Source: Candidatus Zixiibacteriota bacterium (GTDB lineage: Bacteria; Zixibacteria; MSB-5A5; GN15; JACZUZ01). Taken from it: DNA of 64,000 bases. The position numbers and the translations under genes were made by a program. This document shows, piece after piece, positions 18,624 through 28,068 of the stretch (its first letter is position 1; each line of letters starts with the position of its first letter). Below the pieces are notes generated by a model. It was not told the origin of the DNA. It saw nothing but the letters and a program-made list of their open reading frames with translations, and ran no database searches. Location: assembly GCA_024280775.1 (NCBI GenBank), contig JAJRPM010000004.1, positions 263,054 through 327,053 of the forward strand, read 5' to 3'.

Positions 18624-19691
18624 TTAGAATGATAAATCGATTGAGAAAATATGCTCTGTGCCCTCTCCTACCCGACTGCCCTGAAAGGCGTAGTCGATTA
18701 GCAAAGGCGTTTTGCCAAGGTTAAATCTGAATCCGGCTCCGGCGGCCGGGGTTCCATTGTTGAGACCACTGCGCAGTTTCAATTGCTCAGAGATTTCATA
18801 CTCGGCTCCAAAACGCAAACGAGGACCGAAAACTTCATGCACTTCTAAATCGGTAGCCAGCAATAATGACCCGTCCAGACCTCTTCCTGAAATACCGAGA
18901 ACAACTTTGCGTGGCACTTCGGCTTCAATTGAGGAGCCATTGGTGGAGCCTTGACCGTAGAATTCGGTAGTGTTTATGATAAACGACGACCCGGCGGATT
19001 TTACAGTCAGCCCTACCTGTATATCGGTAATAGCTCCTAGCCCGATAGTCTCTCTGTCATAGAGGAAATGGTCAATGTAGAGTATCGTTCCGACATTGAA
19101 AAGCACCGAGTTAGTAGTAATCTCGTCGAGCTTCCATTGGTAATAACTAACCATCGCGCCAACAGAAACTCTAGGCGAAAAACGCTTGGCAAAAGTTAAT
19201 CCGAATTGATGTTCATCCTGACCAATATCACCACCGGTGAGAAGTCCACCTGTAGTGCGGGTATCGACGTTACCGTAGTCCGCATAGAGCCAGGAAAACC
19301 CGAATGCGGCATCCTCCGGCAGAGGGAAAGCTATTGCGGCATAGGAGAGTTGACGGTCAATATTCATTGCGCGATATGAGGTGGTGAATTGACGGTTTTC
19401 CATGCTGGTTATCCCCGCGGGATTGTGAAGTTGGCCATAGCCACCCTCGCCGATTGATACAAAGGCTTGTCCCATTGCCGCCGAACGAGCGCCGATTGGC
19501 ACTTCCAGCCAGGAGCCTATGAAGCCGGCCTCGCCTTTGTCCTCACCTGCTGATACAGTTGAGGTAACACTAACCAGGGTCAGGGCTATCAGCGCGACGG
19601 AAAATGCTAGTCTGATGGTTTCGCCAAAGGCTGATGACTTGCGAGTTGTCTCCCGCACTATTTGAGGAGTTGATATTTGTGTTGGTTCCAT
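18624..19691 (-). CDS. PorV/PorQ-family-like outer-membrane beta-barrel (copy A)
   Basis: Signal peptide, then SWLEVPIGARSAAMGQAFVSIGEGGYGQLHNPAG. C-terminal ...HIFSIDLSF ends in Phe as in OM barrels. Starts 9 nt after the upstream gene. Confidence 0.55.
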   Translation of the reverse strand: MEPTQISTPQIVRETTRKSSAFGETIRLAFSVALIALTLVSVTSTVSAGEDKGEAGFIGSWLEVPIGARSAAMGQAFVSIGEGGYGQLHNPAGITSMENRQFTTSYRAMNIDRQLSYAAIAFPLPEDAAFGFSWLYADYGNVDTRTTGGLLTGGDIGQDEHQFGLTFAKRFSPRVSVGAMVSYYQWKLDEITTNSVLFNVGTILYIDHFLYDRETIGLGAITDIQVGLTVKSAGSSFIINTTEFYGQGSTNGSSIEAEVPRKVVLGISGRGLDGSLLLATDLEVHEVFGPRLRFGAEYEISEQLKLRSGLNNGTPAAGAGFRFNLGKTPLLIDYAFQGSRVGEGTEHIFSIDLSF

Positions 19692-19700
19692 GAGCTTCCT

Positions 19701-22442
19701 CTAAGGTATTACAGCCACCTTGCCCCATACATTAGCGCCATCTGAAAACTCTATTTTGAAGTAATAAATTCCAGGAGCGACCACCTCACCTACGCCGTTT
19801 TTGCCATCCCAGTTATCGCTAGGAAGTCCATGGACAACATCACCGGGCATACGACTCACATTTGTCGAAACTCTTCGTACGAGATTCATAGCGAAATCAT
19901 AGACAGAAATAGATGCGCTAGTTGCGCCATCGGGAACTTTGTAATGGAATCTTACGATAGATTGACTCTTAGGGTTGAAAGGAACCGGAAAAGCATAGGC
20001 GTCGGGATTGGTATTATCCTGAACCTGGAAAACATCAAAGAAAACATCCGAAAGCGGCCGTCGCGCAAAACCATCATCTGTAACCACCCAAAGAGCGCCA
20101 TCGAAAACCCCGACTCCATTCACCACCGCTCCCAAACGAATCTGTTTGTCCGGATCTGAGGAGACCAAATCAACGCGCGAAAAAGACGAGTCCGGATCAG
20201 GACTACTGTACAGTCCGGAGTCACTCGCGATAAATATCGTATCGCCATTGAAAGCAAAATTCCAAACCTGCACACCGGCAAGCGGCGAAGTAATAGGCAA
20301 CTGCACCCAGGGATTCAGCGAGTCATCGGGAGGATTCGTTAAGTCTAGATGTGAAACCCCAATCCCTCCAAGTATATCAGTGCTTGGATCGCCCTTTCGT
20401 GTTGCCGCCCATATCACCGGAGCTCTGCCACCGGAGCGATATTGCGTTCCCATAGCCACTACAAAATTGCCTGAAAGATTGAGATTTGAGCTATTGTACA
20501 AGGCCAAAGTATCCGGTGTGAATTGCTGAGTATTGGCCAGCGCTACATGCCAATTGGAGAAACTGAGCCGGATAGCAGTTGAAACACCAAAGAAGCGCTC
20601 GGTTCCAAGATGAGTAGTATCTCCTACAGCGAAAATCGCTCGTAAACCGGAAAGCGGAATTGTCACTTGAGGTTCGCGCGCGGTGTCTTTGATGGCGAAA
20701 ATAGGAGTCGGTAACACCAAGCCGGTGTTTCTCGTTTCTAGTTCGAAGAATCCATCGAGTCCCACAAAGTATATGAACCCGCCGCGGTGCATCATCTGGC
20801 TGATACGTGCGGTGCGGAAGAAAATAGTGTCAATCGAGGGTGGATTGGTATAGGGCAGAATGCGGTACACTGAAAACTCTCCGCTAGTATCAAAGGGCGC
20901 ATTTGCAGTCCAGATTATTGTCGAATCCACAACGACAATTGTGTCAGGTACGATGAAACGTTGGATTTCGATTCTTCGCACTGATGCGCCACTTCCAGTT
21001 TGTCCAAAGATATCTGTTTGGTTCTCGTCTACCATAGGTAAATGGAATACCGAATCCACCAGCGCCCCTGTTTGGTCAGTCCGGTTTATGTACAGCTTTA
21101 TCAATCCGGCATCGGTTCCGCACCATAGGTCACCGGCAGTATCTGCGCGAACAGCGTTAATCGTAGCCCACTGGGCTGAAGTGAAGCCAATTGAAGTGTC
21201 GGTGGGAATATGTGTCCAGGTTATACCAGTATCGGAACTAACAAACAGCCCGGCTGTGGCTCCTGCGGTGTATAGGTATCTTGAGGATACGTCCTCAAAG
21301 TCCATAACTCTGGCGCCGGGTTTTATGAAAACTGAATCAATCACACCATCACTAACAGGCAGGAAAAAGTCCAGCGATTTGTCAGCGCGTACAAACCCAG
21401 CGCCGTCTCCATCAAGAGAATCAAGACAGCCAATAAACAACCGACCGCCGAAGAAATGCAGTTGGTTTATCACATCAGTAGGTAAGCCTGTTCCATCGGC
21501 GGCAAACACCGATTTCCACTGCGAATAGCTAAGCGCCGTCGCTCTTGAAAGCCCCCGGTCACCGCCAACAAAGATAAATCCGCTATCAGCAAACCCTGGA
21601 GGCGAATAGGCGAAATCGAATACGCGGCTGGAGGACGGCTTGATATGCGCTTCTACGAAATCAAATCTGGAAACACCACCGGCGCTTCCAGCCCAGAGAA
21701 TTGTCGTATCGACATGACCAGTGTCTATCACCGCTGAAAAATATCGACTGGTAAATGGCGGCGCTCCAATTGGGTCATCGAAATACTGCGCGTCAGCAAG
21801 AGTAACATTGAAACGAGTCCAGTTTTTTCCGGCATTGGAAGTTCCAATCAGGCCACCGGCAAAACTTGCCGAAAATAGCAAATTGTTAGCGCCGGTTATA
21901 TCAAAGGTGGTTTTGAATGGACCCGTAGTGGAGAATTCAACCAAACCACTGGTGTCAAATGGCAATCCCCAAACATCCCCGACACTGTCAGTAGTGTATT
22001 GCAAACCCTGACCAGAATTGAAAGTATCAGGCCCAATAATTTCAGCCTTGGCTGTCGCCAGCCATAAGGTGTCGTTGACCACTGCCATTGCGCTGATGCT
22101 ATTGCCCAGCAAGCCTGTGGTGTCGGTGTGGGTGAACCAGATTTTTCCGCTATCGGGAGAAAAAGACACTCCGCGGGTGGATCCAATCCAAATCGCACCC
22201 TTGTAGGAGACGATGTCGATTCCGCTATTACTTTGCTGGCCCGAAATCGGATCGGCCAGCAAGGCTGATAGGCGCGCAAGCCAATCGGGCTGTGCGGTTG
22301 GTGTTTGGGCTACGGCGATATTGGGTAGCCCAAGGCAAGCAAGTGTGAGAAATACTGCGATAAGGCCAAACGCTTTTGAGATACTCGAAGGTTGGCTTGT
22401 CATATTTGATATGTCAGATTTCAAGGGTTTTCTGGAGCTCAA
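19701..22442 (-). CDS. Secreted beta-propeller (BNR/Asp-box) protein with a T9SS/FlgD-Ig-like C-terminal domain
   Basis: 913 aa. Signal peptide. Asp-box-like motifs SPDSGKIWF, SNAGKNWTRF, SSDTGITWTHI. The last ~95 aa, FPVPFNPKSQSIVRFHYKVP...ISVYDFAMNLVRRV...DNWDGKNGVGEVVAPGIYYFKIEF, resemble the Por_Secre_tail/FlgD-Ig type. Confidence 0.65.
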   Translation of the reverse strand: MSSRKPLKSDISNMTSQPSSISKAFGLIAVFLTLACLGLPNIAVAQTPTAQPDWLARLSALLADPISGQQSNSGIDIVSYKGAIWIGSTRGVSFSPDSGKIWFTHTDTTGLLGNSISAMAVVNDTLWLATAKAEIIGPDTFNSGQGLQYTTDSVGDVWGLPFDTSGLVEFSTTGPFKTTFDITGANNLLFSASFAGGLIGTSNAGKNWTRFNVTLADAQYFDDPIGAPPFTSRYFSAVIDTGHVDTTILWAGSAGGVSRFDFVEAHIKPSSSRVFDFAYSPPGFADSGFIFVGGDRGLSRATALSYSQWKSVFAADGTGLPTDVINQLHFFGGRLFIGCLDSLDGDGAGFVRADKSLDFFLPVSDGVIDSVFIKPGARVMDFEDVSSRYLYTAGATAGLFVSSDTGITWTHIPTDTSIGFTSAQWATINAVRADTAGDLWCGTDAGLIKLYINRTDQTGALVDSVFHLPMVDENQTDIFGQTGSGASVRRIEIQRFIVPDTIVVVDSTIIWTANAPFDTSGEFSVYRILPYTNPPSIDTIFFRTARISQMMHRGGFIYFVGLDGFFELETRNTGLVLPTPIFAIKDTAREPQVTIPLSGLRAIFAVGDTTHLGTERFFGVSTAIRLSFSNWHVALANTQQFTPDTLALYNSSNLNLSGNFVVAMGTQYRSGGRAPVIWAATRKGDPSTDILGGIGVSHLDLTNPPDDSLNPWVQLPITSPLAGVQVWNFAFNGDTIFIASDSGLYSSPDPDSSFSRVDLVSSDPDKQIRLGAVVNGVGVFDGALWVVTDDGFARRPLSDVFFDVFQVQDNTNPDAYAFPVPFNPKSQSIVRFHYKVPDGATSASISVYDFAMNLVRRVSTNVSRMPGDVVHGLPSDNWDGKNGVGEVVAPGIYYFKIEFSDGANVWGKVAVIP

Positions 22443-22760
22443 CTGTGATTCCCGGTTCTAGAAACTTCTTTGTCAGATTCTTCCCTGATAACGCGCTGCA
22501 GACCAGCTTGCTGTTCTTGGTTATCTTCAGCAACAGCTTGCCTAAGGTAAGGGTTCCAATCCTGATTGTCCACTATCAGATTTCGAGCCATAGAAATCGA
22601 GACAAAATACCCTTCAAGCGCTCCTCAATATAATGTATGTAGATTATATTGATATAATACTGACAATTAGTCCAATATTTCCTATTTTACGGCCTAAGGT
22701 GAATCCTGTTCGGACACCTGTAAGATTGTATTATTCTTGATATTCTCGATTTGGAGGCCC

Positions 22761-24230
22761 ATGCCACAACAACACGATGAAAATATTTCAGAGCGCTCTT
22801 CGCAATCCCACACCTCGCCTAATTGCGAATCCGGAGTTTCAAAGCGTCTGGCGACTTTGATATTCGGCGCGGCGATATTACTAAGCGTCAGCATGTCCGC
22901 CTGCGATGACCTTATTACTGAACAGGTGACTATTGTTGTCGCTGGGCACCCTACCGCAGAATTCACTGTTGATATTGATTCGGGTTGTGCGCCTATGACG
23001 GTAAACTTCCTGGACAAATCCAGCGGGCCGCATAATCAATGGCTGTGGAAATTCGGTGATGGAGATACCTCAGCCGATACAACTCCGAGCCACACTTACA
23101 CTACTCCGGGCACATACACAGTTTCACTCAAGATTACAGACAATGACTCAGTTCCCGCCGCCAACGATACCGAAGTCAAAAAGCGCTTCATTGTAGTCGG
23201 CTCCTCAATCGCAGGATTCGCAATGGATACCTCAGGCGGGTGTGTCGGTACGGCAGTCACCTTTACTCCGAGTTTCTCGGGAGCGACTTCATTCAAGTGG
23301 GATTTCGGCGACGGGACTAACTCAACAGACACATTTCCGACACACACTTTCAATACCGTTGGTGATTTTCCTATCACCCTTAGCGTAGTGGGTGGCTGTG
23401 GAGTAGATTCGGCCTTTGACACAGTGAAGATAGGAGTTTGCCCAACATTCACTATTACCGCCAGCCCGCAAACTATCTGCTTGGGTGATTCAATAGTGTT
23501 CACGGAAATGTCCACAGATTCACCATCTCACTCCAATTTGGTATGGGATTTTGGCGACGGCAGTGTAGTCTCTGATACTGATAATGCCATCACATACACT
23601 TATGCTGACACGGGTCTCTTCACTGTTGCCTTAACCGTAACGAACTCTGACAGTATCTCATTCACTGATTCGATAGTGGACTTTATTCGGGTCAATGACA
23701 ACCTAACTGCCAATTTTGTATCTGTGGGCCCAACTTTTAATTGTGAGACACCAACCGGGCAGTTTGTGGTGGGATTCAATGATATTTCCCTGGGAGCAAT
23801 CACAAATAGAATTTGGTCATTTGGTGATGGGACATTTGATTCGACAAACAACCCAACCCCCTTTCATGCCTATACTACATCCGGCCAATACACTGTTACG
23901 CTCAAGACTTCGGGACTTTGCGGAGCCGACACCTCCGGCACAGCAACAGTCACCAAGAACAATTTCGTAACACTCGCAGGACCGCTTGCGCCTACAATCG
24001 GCATTTCTCCTGACACATCCCAGTTTAGTGTGAAGTTCACAGGTCTGGCTTTGGGTGTCCCCGAAACCTGGGACTGGACTTTTGGAGATGGGACAATTGC
24101 TTCCGGATCGTCTGTGAATCATACCTATCCTAACGTCCCTGACACATTCAACATCACCCTAACTGTCAAGAATTCATGCTCGAATACACCTGTAGTGACA
24201 ACCACCACACTCATCTTGCCGCTACCATAA
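22761..24230 (+). CDS. PKD-repeat lipoprotein (five PKD domains)
   Basis: Lipobox LLSVSMSAC. Five repeats of the PKD signature (WKFGDGDTSADTTPSHTYTTPGTYTVSLKITD; WDFGDGTNSTDTFPTHTFNTVGDFPITLSVVG; WDFGDGSVVSD..ITYTYADTGLFTVALTVTN; WSFGDGTFDSTNNPTPFHAYTTSGQYTVTLKT; WTFGDGTIASGSSVNHTYPNVPDTFNITLTVKN). Started at ATG 22761 after GGAGG. Confidence 0.8.
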   Translation: MPQQHDENISERSSQSHTSPNCESGVSKRLATLIFGAAILLSVSMSACDDLITEQVTIVVAGHPTAEFTVDIDSGCAPMTVNFLDKSSGPHNQWLWKFGDGDTSADTTPSHTYTTPGTYTVSLKITDNDSVPAANDTEVKKRFIVVGSSIAGFAMDTSGGCVGTAVTFTPSFSGATSFKWDFGDGTNSTDTFPTHTFNTVGDFPITLSVVGGCGVDSAFDTVKIGVCPTFTITASPQTICLGDSIVFTEMSTDSPSHSNLVWDFGDGSVVSDTDNAITYTYADTGLFTVALTVTNSDSISFTDSIVDFIRVNDNLTANFVSVGPTFNCETPTGQFVVGFNDISLGAITNRIWSFGDGTFDSTNNPTPFHAYTTSGQYTVTLKTSGLCGADTSGTATVTKNNFVTLAGPLAPTIGISPDTSQFSVKFTGLALGVPETWDWTFGDGTIASGSSVNHTYPNVPDTFNITLTVKNSCSNTPVVTTTTLILPLP

Positions 24231-24260
24231 TCTGTATTCTGCGTTGCCACTGTGAAATAA

Positions 24261-24300
24261 AGAAAGCCCCGTCAATCACCATTGACGGGGCTTTCTTTTG
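24261..24300. terminator. Bidirectional rho-independent terminator between the convergent PKD and etfA genes
   Basis: AGAAAGCCCCGTCAAT-cacc-ATTGACGGGGCTTTCT, flanked by an A-run on the 5' side and a T-run on the 3' side. Confidence 0.8.
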
Positions 24301-24332
24301 CAAACAAATATCTCTGTCAATCTATATGCTTA

Positions 24333-25292
24333 TCAACCACCCTGCGCGAAGCGCTCAGTTAAAGCTGGCAGGATCTCGAATGCATCACCGACTATTCCAT
24401 AGCTGGAAACATTAAATATCGGGGCGTCTTTGTCTTTGTTAATAGCGACAATACATTTTGAGGACTGCATGCCAACCAGATGTTGAATCGCTCCGGAAAT
24501 TCCAACTGCCACATATAGCTTAGGAGTCACTGTGCGACCGGTTTGCCCAACCTGATGCTTATACTCAATCCATCCGGCGTCAACTACTGCGCGTGAAGCG
24601 CCAACTGCCGCCCCGAGCGAATCCGCAAGACTTTGCACCAGCGGGATATGCTCCTGTCCCTGAAGGCCGCGACCGAATGACACTACTGTGTCGGCTTCTT
24701 CAAGCTTGACAGTTTGACCGGATTCTTTGATAGACTCTACAACTTTTGTGCGGGACTCAAAACACGAATCTGATACGCTCTCGGAGCTTACTTCACCTGA
24801 GCCCGCAGTTGCGGGGCTGAAAGCTTTTAGACGCAAAGAGATAAAAAACGGCTTTGCTGACTCTGCGGATGTCACTTCGGAAACCGCTTTACCGCCAAAA
24901 CAGGGACGAGTGACAACTACTTTGTCTCCCTCGACACGCAGGGCTGTGGCATTCGATGCCATAGCTCCACTGGTTTTCGCCGCCAGCGCCGCGAGCAAGG
25001 CCCGGGTGGAAATTGTGGCCACTCCGATTACTACATCAGGGCTGGTCTTCTCGACTATCTCTCCAGCTACTTTACGGAAAGTTTCTTGATTGAACATATC
25101 CAGTGAATCATGCGCCACAGTAAGAACTTTACCGCCGCCGCAACTTGCCAGTTTGTCAGCCAAAGCGGCAGGGTCTTTCGCCATCAATAATGTGCTTACT
25201 TCACCGCCCAGCGCCTGAGCGGCGCCGAGGGCTTCAAAACTTGAGGACGCTAATTTGCCTTCTTTTTGTTCTGCTAATACGAGAATTTTCAT
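24333..25292 (-). CDS. etfA: Electron transfer flavoprotein alpha subunit
   Basis: 319 aa. The C-terminal FAD-binding region is SRAVVDAGWIEYKHQVGQTGRTVTPKLYVAVGISGAIQHLVGMQSSKCIVAINKDKDAPIF....YGIVGD. Confidence 0.9.
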   Translation of the reverse strand: MKILVLAEQKEGKLASSSFEALGAAQALGGEVSTLLMAKDPAALADKLASCGGGKVLTVAHDSLDMFNQETFRKVAGEIVEKTSPDVVIGVATISTRALLAALAAKTSGAMASNATALRVEGDKVVVTRPCFGGKAVSEVTSAESAKPFFISLRLKAFSPATAGSGEVSSESVSDSCFESRTKVVESIKESGQTVKLEEADTVVSFGRGLQGQEHIPLVQSLADSLGAAVGASRAVVDAGWIEYKHQVGQTGRTVTPKLYVAVGISGAIQHLVGMQSSKCIVAINKDKDAPIFNVSSYGIVGDAFEILPALTERFAQGG

Positions 25293-25479
25293 CAGATAAC
25301 CTGTGAGTTGTGCCTGTTGGTTATGATTGTAAGTTTCTATTTAGTCCTGGAGAGCAGAGTCCACAGAATAGACCTGAGACTCCTTCATCTCCAGCGCAAC
25401 TATACTGCGATTATGCGGCTTTGGCAATAATCAGCCCAAATACCAGAATCCTTTTCTATGACCAATTCGAGTAACCGTG

Positions 25480-25872
25480 TTATCCACTCAATAGCTCCTT
25501 AATATTCCTTGTCCTCGGGTCTTTCAGGATCTTGCCACGTAGGTGAAGTATGTGACCGTTTGTGTGTTTGCTAAACGATGCGTATTCGCTCACAACTTCA
25601 TGAGGAATCTCTACTGCGTCAATTATGGAATAGTCCCATTCGAAGACAATCACTACGAGAAAATCAAAATCCTTCTCCGCAAGTTTTCTAATTGGGCTCA
25701 ATAGTCTTGATTTATTCTCTAGGGAAACCCGCCGGGCTTTCACCTGATATTTGCTCCCTTTACCATCAATCGCATCGTATCCGGTAGCAGAGTTCCTGGC
25801 TAACTCCAGATTTAGTCCTCGCGAAACAAGCCACTCGGCGTAATCCCCAACCGGGTTATTATTAGTCCTCAC
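25480..25872 (-). CDS. Hypothetical protein with a possible PD-(D/E)xK nuclease-like core
   Basis: 130 aa (GTG start). GDYAEWLVSRGLNLELARNSATGYDAIDGKGSKYQVKARR has the D...(E/Q)xK spacing of restriction-endonuclease-fold proteins. The fold assignment is inference only. Confidence 0.45.
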   Translation of the reverse strand: MRTNNNPVGDYAEWLVSRGLNLELARNSATGYDAIDGKGSKYQVKARRVSLENKSRLLSPIRKLAEKDFDFLVVIVFEWDYSIIDAVEIPHEVVSEYASFSKHTNGHILHLRGKILKDPRTRNIKELLSG

Positions 25873-26023
25873 AACCTTGCGAGTCTTCAGCTCCTCAATT
25901 ATTGAGGCATGGAGCTTCAGTAGTTATACTTCATTGAGTTTGGTCAAATCTCTAGACACTATTACCTCGCATGGACAATGACCATCCTACTACTTTGTAG
26001 ATACAAACACGGATGTTCTTTAC

Positions 26024-27220
26024 TTACTCGCCATCTCGGGCTGCACGATGCGCCGCATCCATAATCTCGGCCAGCGGGGCGTCGGTGGTATGGGAGATTT
26101 CAACACAGGAATCGTATTCGGGTTGATATCGCGGTCCACCCGGAGCGACTATCCGTTTGACCTTGACCGGCCCGAATTTGGTATTGACCTCTATTATCTC
26201 ACGCGGGGCAATAAGCCGTTGTACCTCACGATAGCGAACCCCACTGGAAGTGGTCTCATCAATTACCAGTTTGGCAATAGCAGATACTTTCTTCGGCTCA
26301 CACAATACAGTCAGATTCCAACCGGGGCGTGATTTCTTCATGGTCAAAGGCGCCACAAAAGCCTCCAAGGCTCCCGCGCCATATAGTCTCTCAAAGATAT
26401 GCCCAAAGAGTTGCGGGTTCATATCGTCGATGGTGGTTTCAAGTTGTACAATTGAACCTGCTAGAAGCGCGGTCTCGGATTGTTGAGCATCGGCGCTATT
26501 CTCGAAGATAGTCGCCCGCAGAACATTGGTTCTGTCTTTGAAATCCGCGGTCCCGGCTCCATATCCAATCGCGCGAAGCTCGCCGGAAAATGAGTCGGAG
26601 TTACCGGCGAATTCACCGGTAAGTGTTTTCAGCAAGGCCACGCCCGTGGGTGTAGCGCGTTCGCCTTCAAGGGGGGTGGTGTCCACTTGCATACCTCTGA
26701 GAATCTCCAAAGTCGCCGGAGCCGGATTCGGGACTACTCCATGATCAATTTTCACTGTCCCGCCGCCAACAGCGATTGGCGAACAACGAACTACATCGAA
26801 TTTGAAATAAACAATTGCGGCGCAAACTCCGACAACATCGGCAACAGTATCAAGTGAGCCTAGCTCATGGAAGTGGACTTTTTCCAACTCCACCGAATGT
26901 ATTTTGGATTCCGCCAAGGCAACTTGTTTCATAGACTGCAACGAAAGCGCCCTCACTTTTTCAGAGACTGGCGCCCGCTCTAGCAAATCTCGCACATCGC
27001 GCCAGTGTTTGAGTTTACGCTCTGATTCAATTAACGGTGTAACTTTGGTGGCGGCGATTCCGAATTTGGAAACTTTCTCAGCGGCCAAACTCAGGCCATC
27101 GAGATCGAGTTTGGCGATTTCACTATTGAGAACTTCCAGTGGACACCCCAAATCGACCAGGGCGCCAAGCAACATATCACCGGAAACTCCGGAGTGGCAT
27201 TCCAGGTAGAGTGTTTTCAT
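26024..27220 (-). CDS. larC: Nickel-pincer cofactor biosynthesis protein LarC (nickel insertion, DUF111)
   Basis: MKTLYLECHSGVSGDMLLGALVDLG is the LarC/DUF111 N-terminal signature. 398 aa. Confidence 0.85.
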   Translation of the reverse strand: MKTLYLECHSGVSGDMLLGALVDLGCPLEVLNSEIAKLDLDGLSLAAEKVSKFGIAATKVTPLIESERKLKHWRDVRDLLERAPVSEKVRALSLQSMKQVALAESKIHSVELEKVHFHELGSLDTVADVVGVCAAIVYFKFDVVRCSPIAVGGGTVKIDHGVVPNPAPATLEILRGMQVDTTPLEGERATPTGVALLKTLTGEFAGNSDSFSGELRAIGYGAGTADFKDRTNVLRATIFENSADAQQSETALLAGSIVQLETTIDDMNPQLFGHIFERLYGAGALEAFVAPLTMKKSRPGWNLTVLCEPKKVSAIAKLVIDETTSSGVRYREVQRLIAPREIIEVNTKFGPVKVKRIVAPGGPRYQPEYDSCVEISHTTDAPLAEIMDAAHRAARDGE

Positions 27221-27249
27221 GATTTCTTCACTATTATTATGTAGATCAA

Positions 27250-28068
27250 TTAGTCAGAGGTCACAAATGATGGGCTTTGCTTCTCGGCTGAAACCGAGAT
27301 TTTTTGTAAGCTTAATCTGGCGATTTTGGCGGCGGCGGCTCCCGCCCCGAATCCATTATCTATGTTGACCACGGTCACTCCCGAGGCGCAGGAATTTAGC
27401 ATACCCAACAAAGCCGCAATACCCGAAAACGACGCGCCATAGCCCACAGATGTGGGCGTGGCTATCACTGGTTTGTCCGTAAGCCCACCAATGACTGACG
27501 CTAGAGCGCCCTCCATACCCGCGACCACTACAATGCAATCAGCGCGCTCCATCGCCGGTTTTGCCATTTGAAGGCGATGCAAGCCAGCTACTCCTACGTC
27601 ATATATGCGCTCGGTCTCGCATCCCATTACCCAGGCAGTCAGAGCGGCCTCTTCGGCAATAGGCTTATCCGATGTCCCAGCGCTAATAACAGCCACAACA
27701 CCCATATTCGACCTAACCGGAGCAAGAGATTCATTTGAAAATCTAATCCCCACTCTTGCGGATTGGTAATAGACGAATTTCTCGACCTTCTCAGATATAA
27801 TACTCGCATGATCTGCATTTAATCGAGTCAGTAGAACATCCGCGCCAGAATCGCCACGACTCAGAATTATCTCGAGCAATTGTTCGCTGGATTTGCCTTC
27901 AGAATAGACTACTTCCGGTTGCCCGGTTCGCAACTCCCGATGCGAGTCGATATTGGCGTCCAATAGCTGATCAAATGGCAACCATTTCAGGCGCGATACA
28001 GCATCCTGAACATTCAAGGTTCCGTTTTGAACCTCATTTAGTATTTCTTTAAGCTCTTCTGAATTCAT
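27250..28068 (-). CDS. larB: Nickel-pincer cofactor biosynthesis protein LarB (PurE-like NaAD carboxylase/hydrolase)
   Basis: VVAVISAGTSDKPIAEEAALTA...YDVGVAGLHRL....CIVVVAGMEGALASVIGGLTDKPVIATPTSVGYGASFSGIAALLGMLNSCASGVTVVNIDNGFGAG. Confidence 0.85.
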   Translation of the reverse strand: MNSEELKEILNEVQNGTLNVQDAVSRLKWLPFDQLLDANIDSHRELRTGQPEVVYSEGKSSEQLLEIILSRGDSGADVLLTRLNADHASIISEKVEKFVYYQSARVGIRFSNESLAPVRSNMGVVAVISAGTSDKPIAEEAALTAWVMGCETERIYDVGVAGLHRLQMAKPAMERADCIVVVAGMEGALASVIGGLTDKPVIATPTSVGYGASFSGIAALLGMLNSCASGVTVVNIDNGFGAGAAAAKIARLSLQKISVSAEKQSPSFVTSD

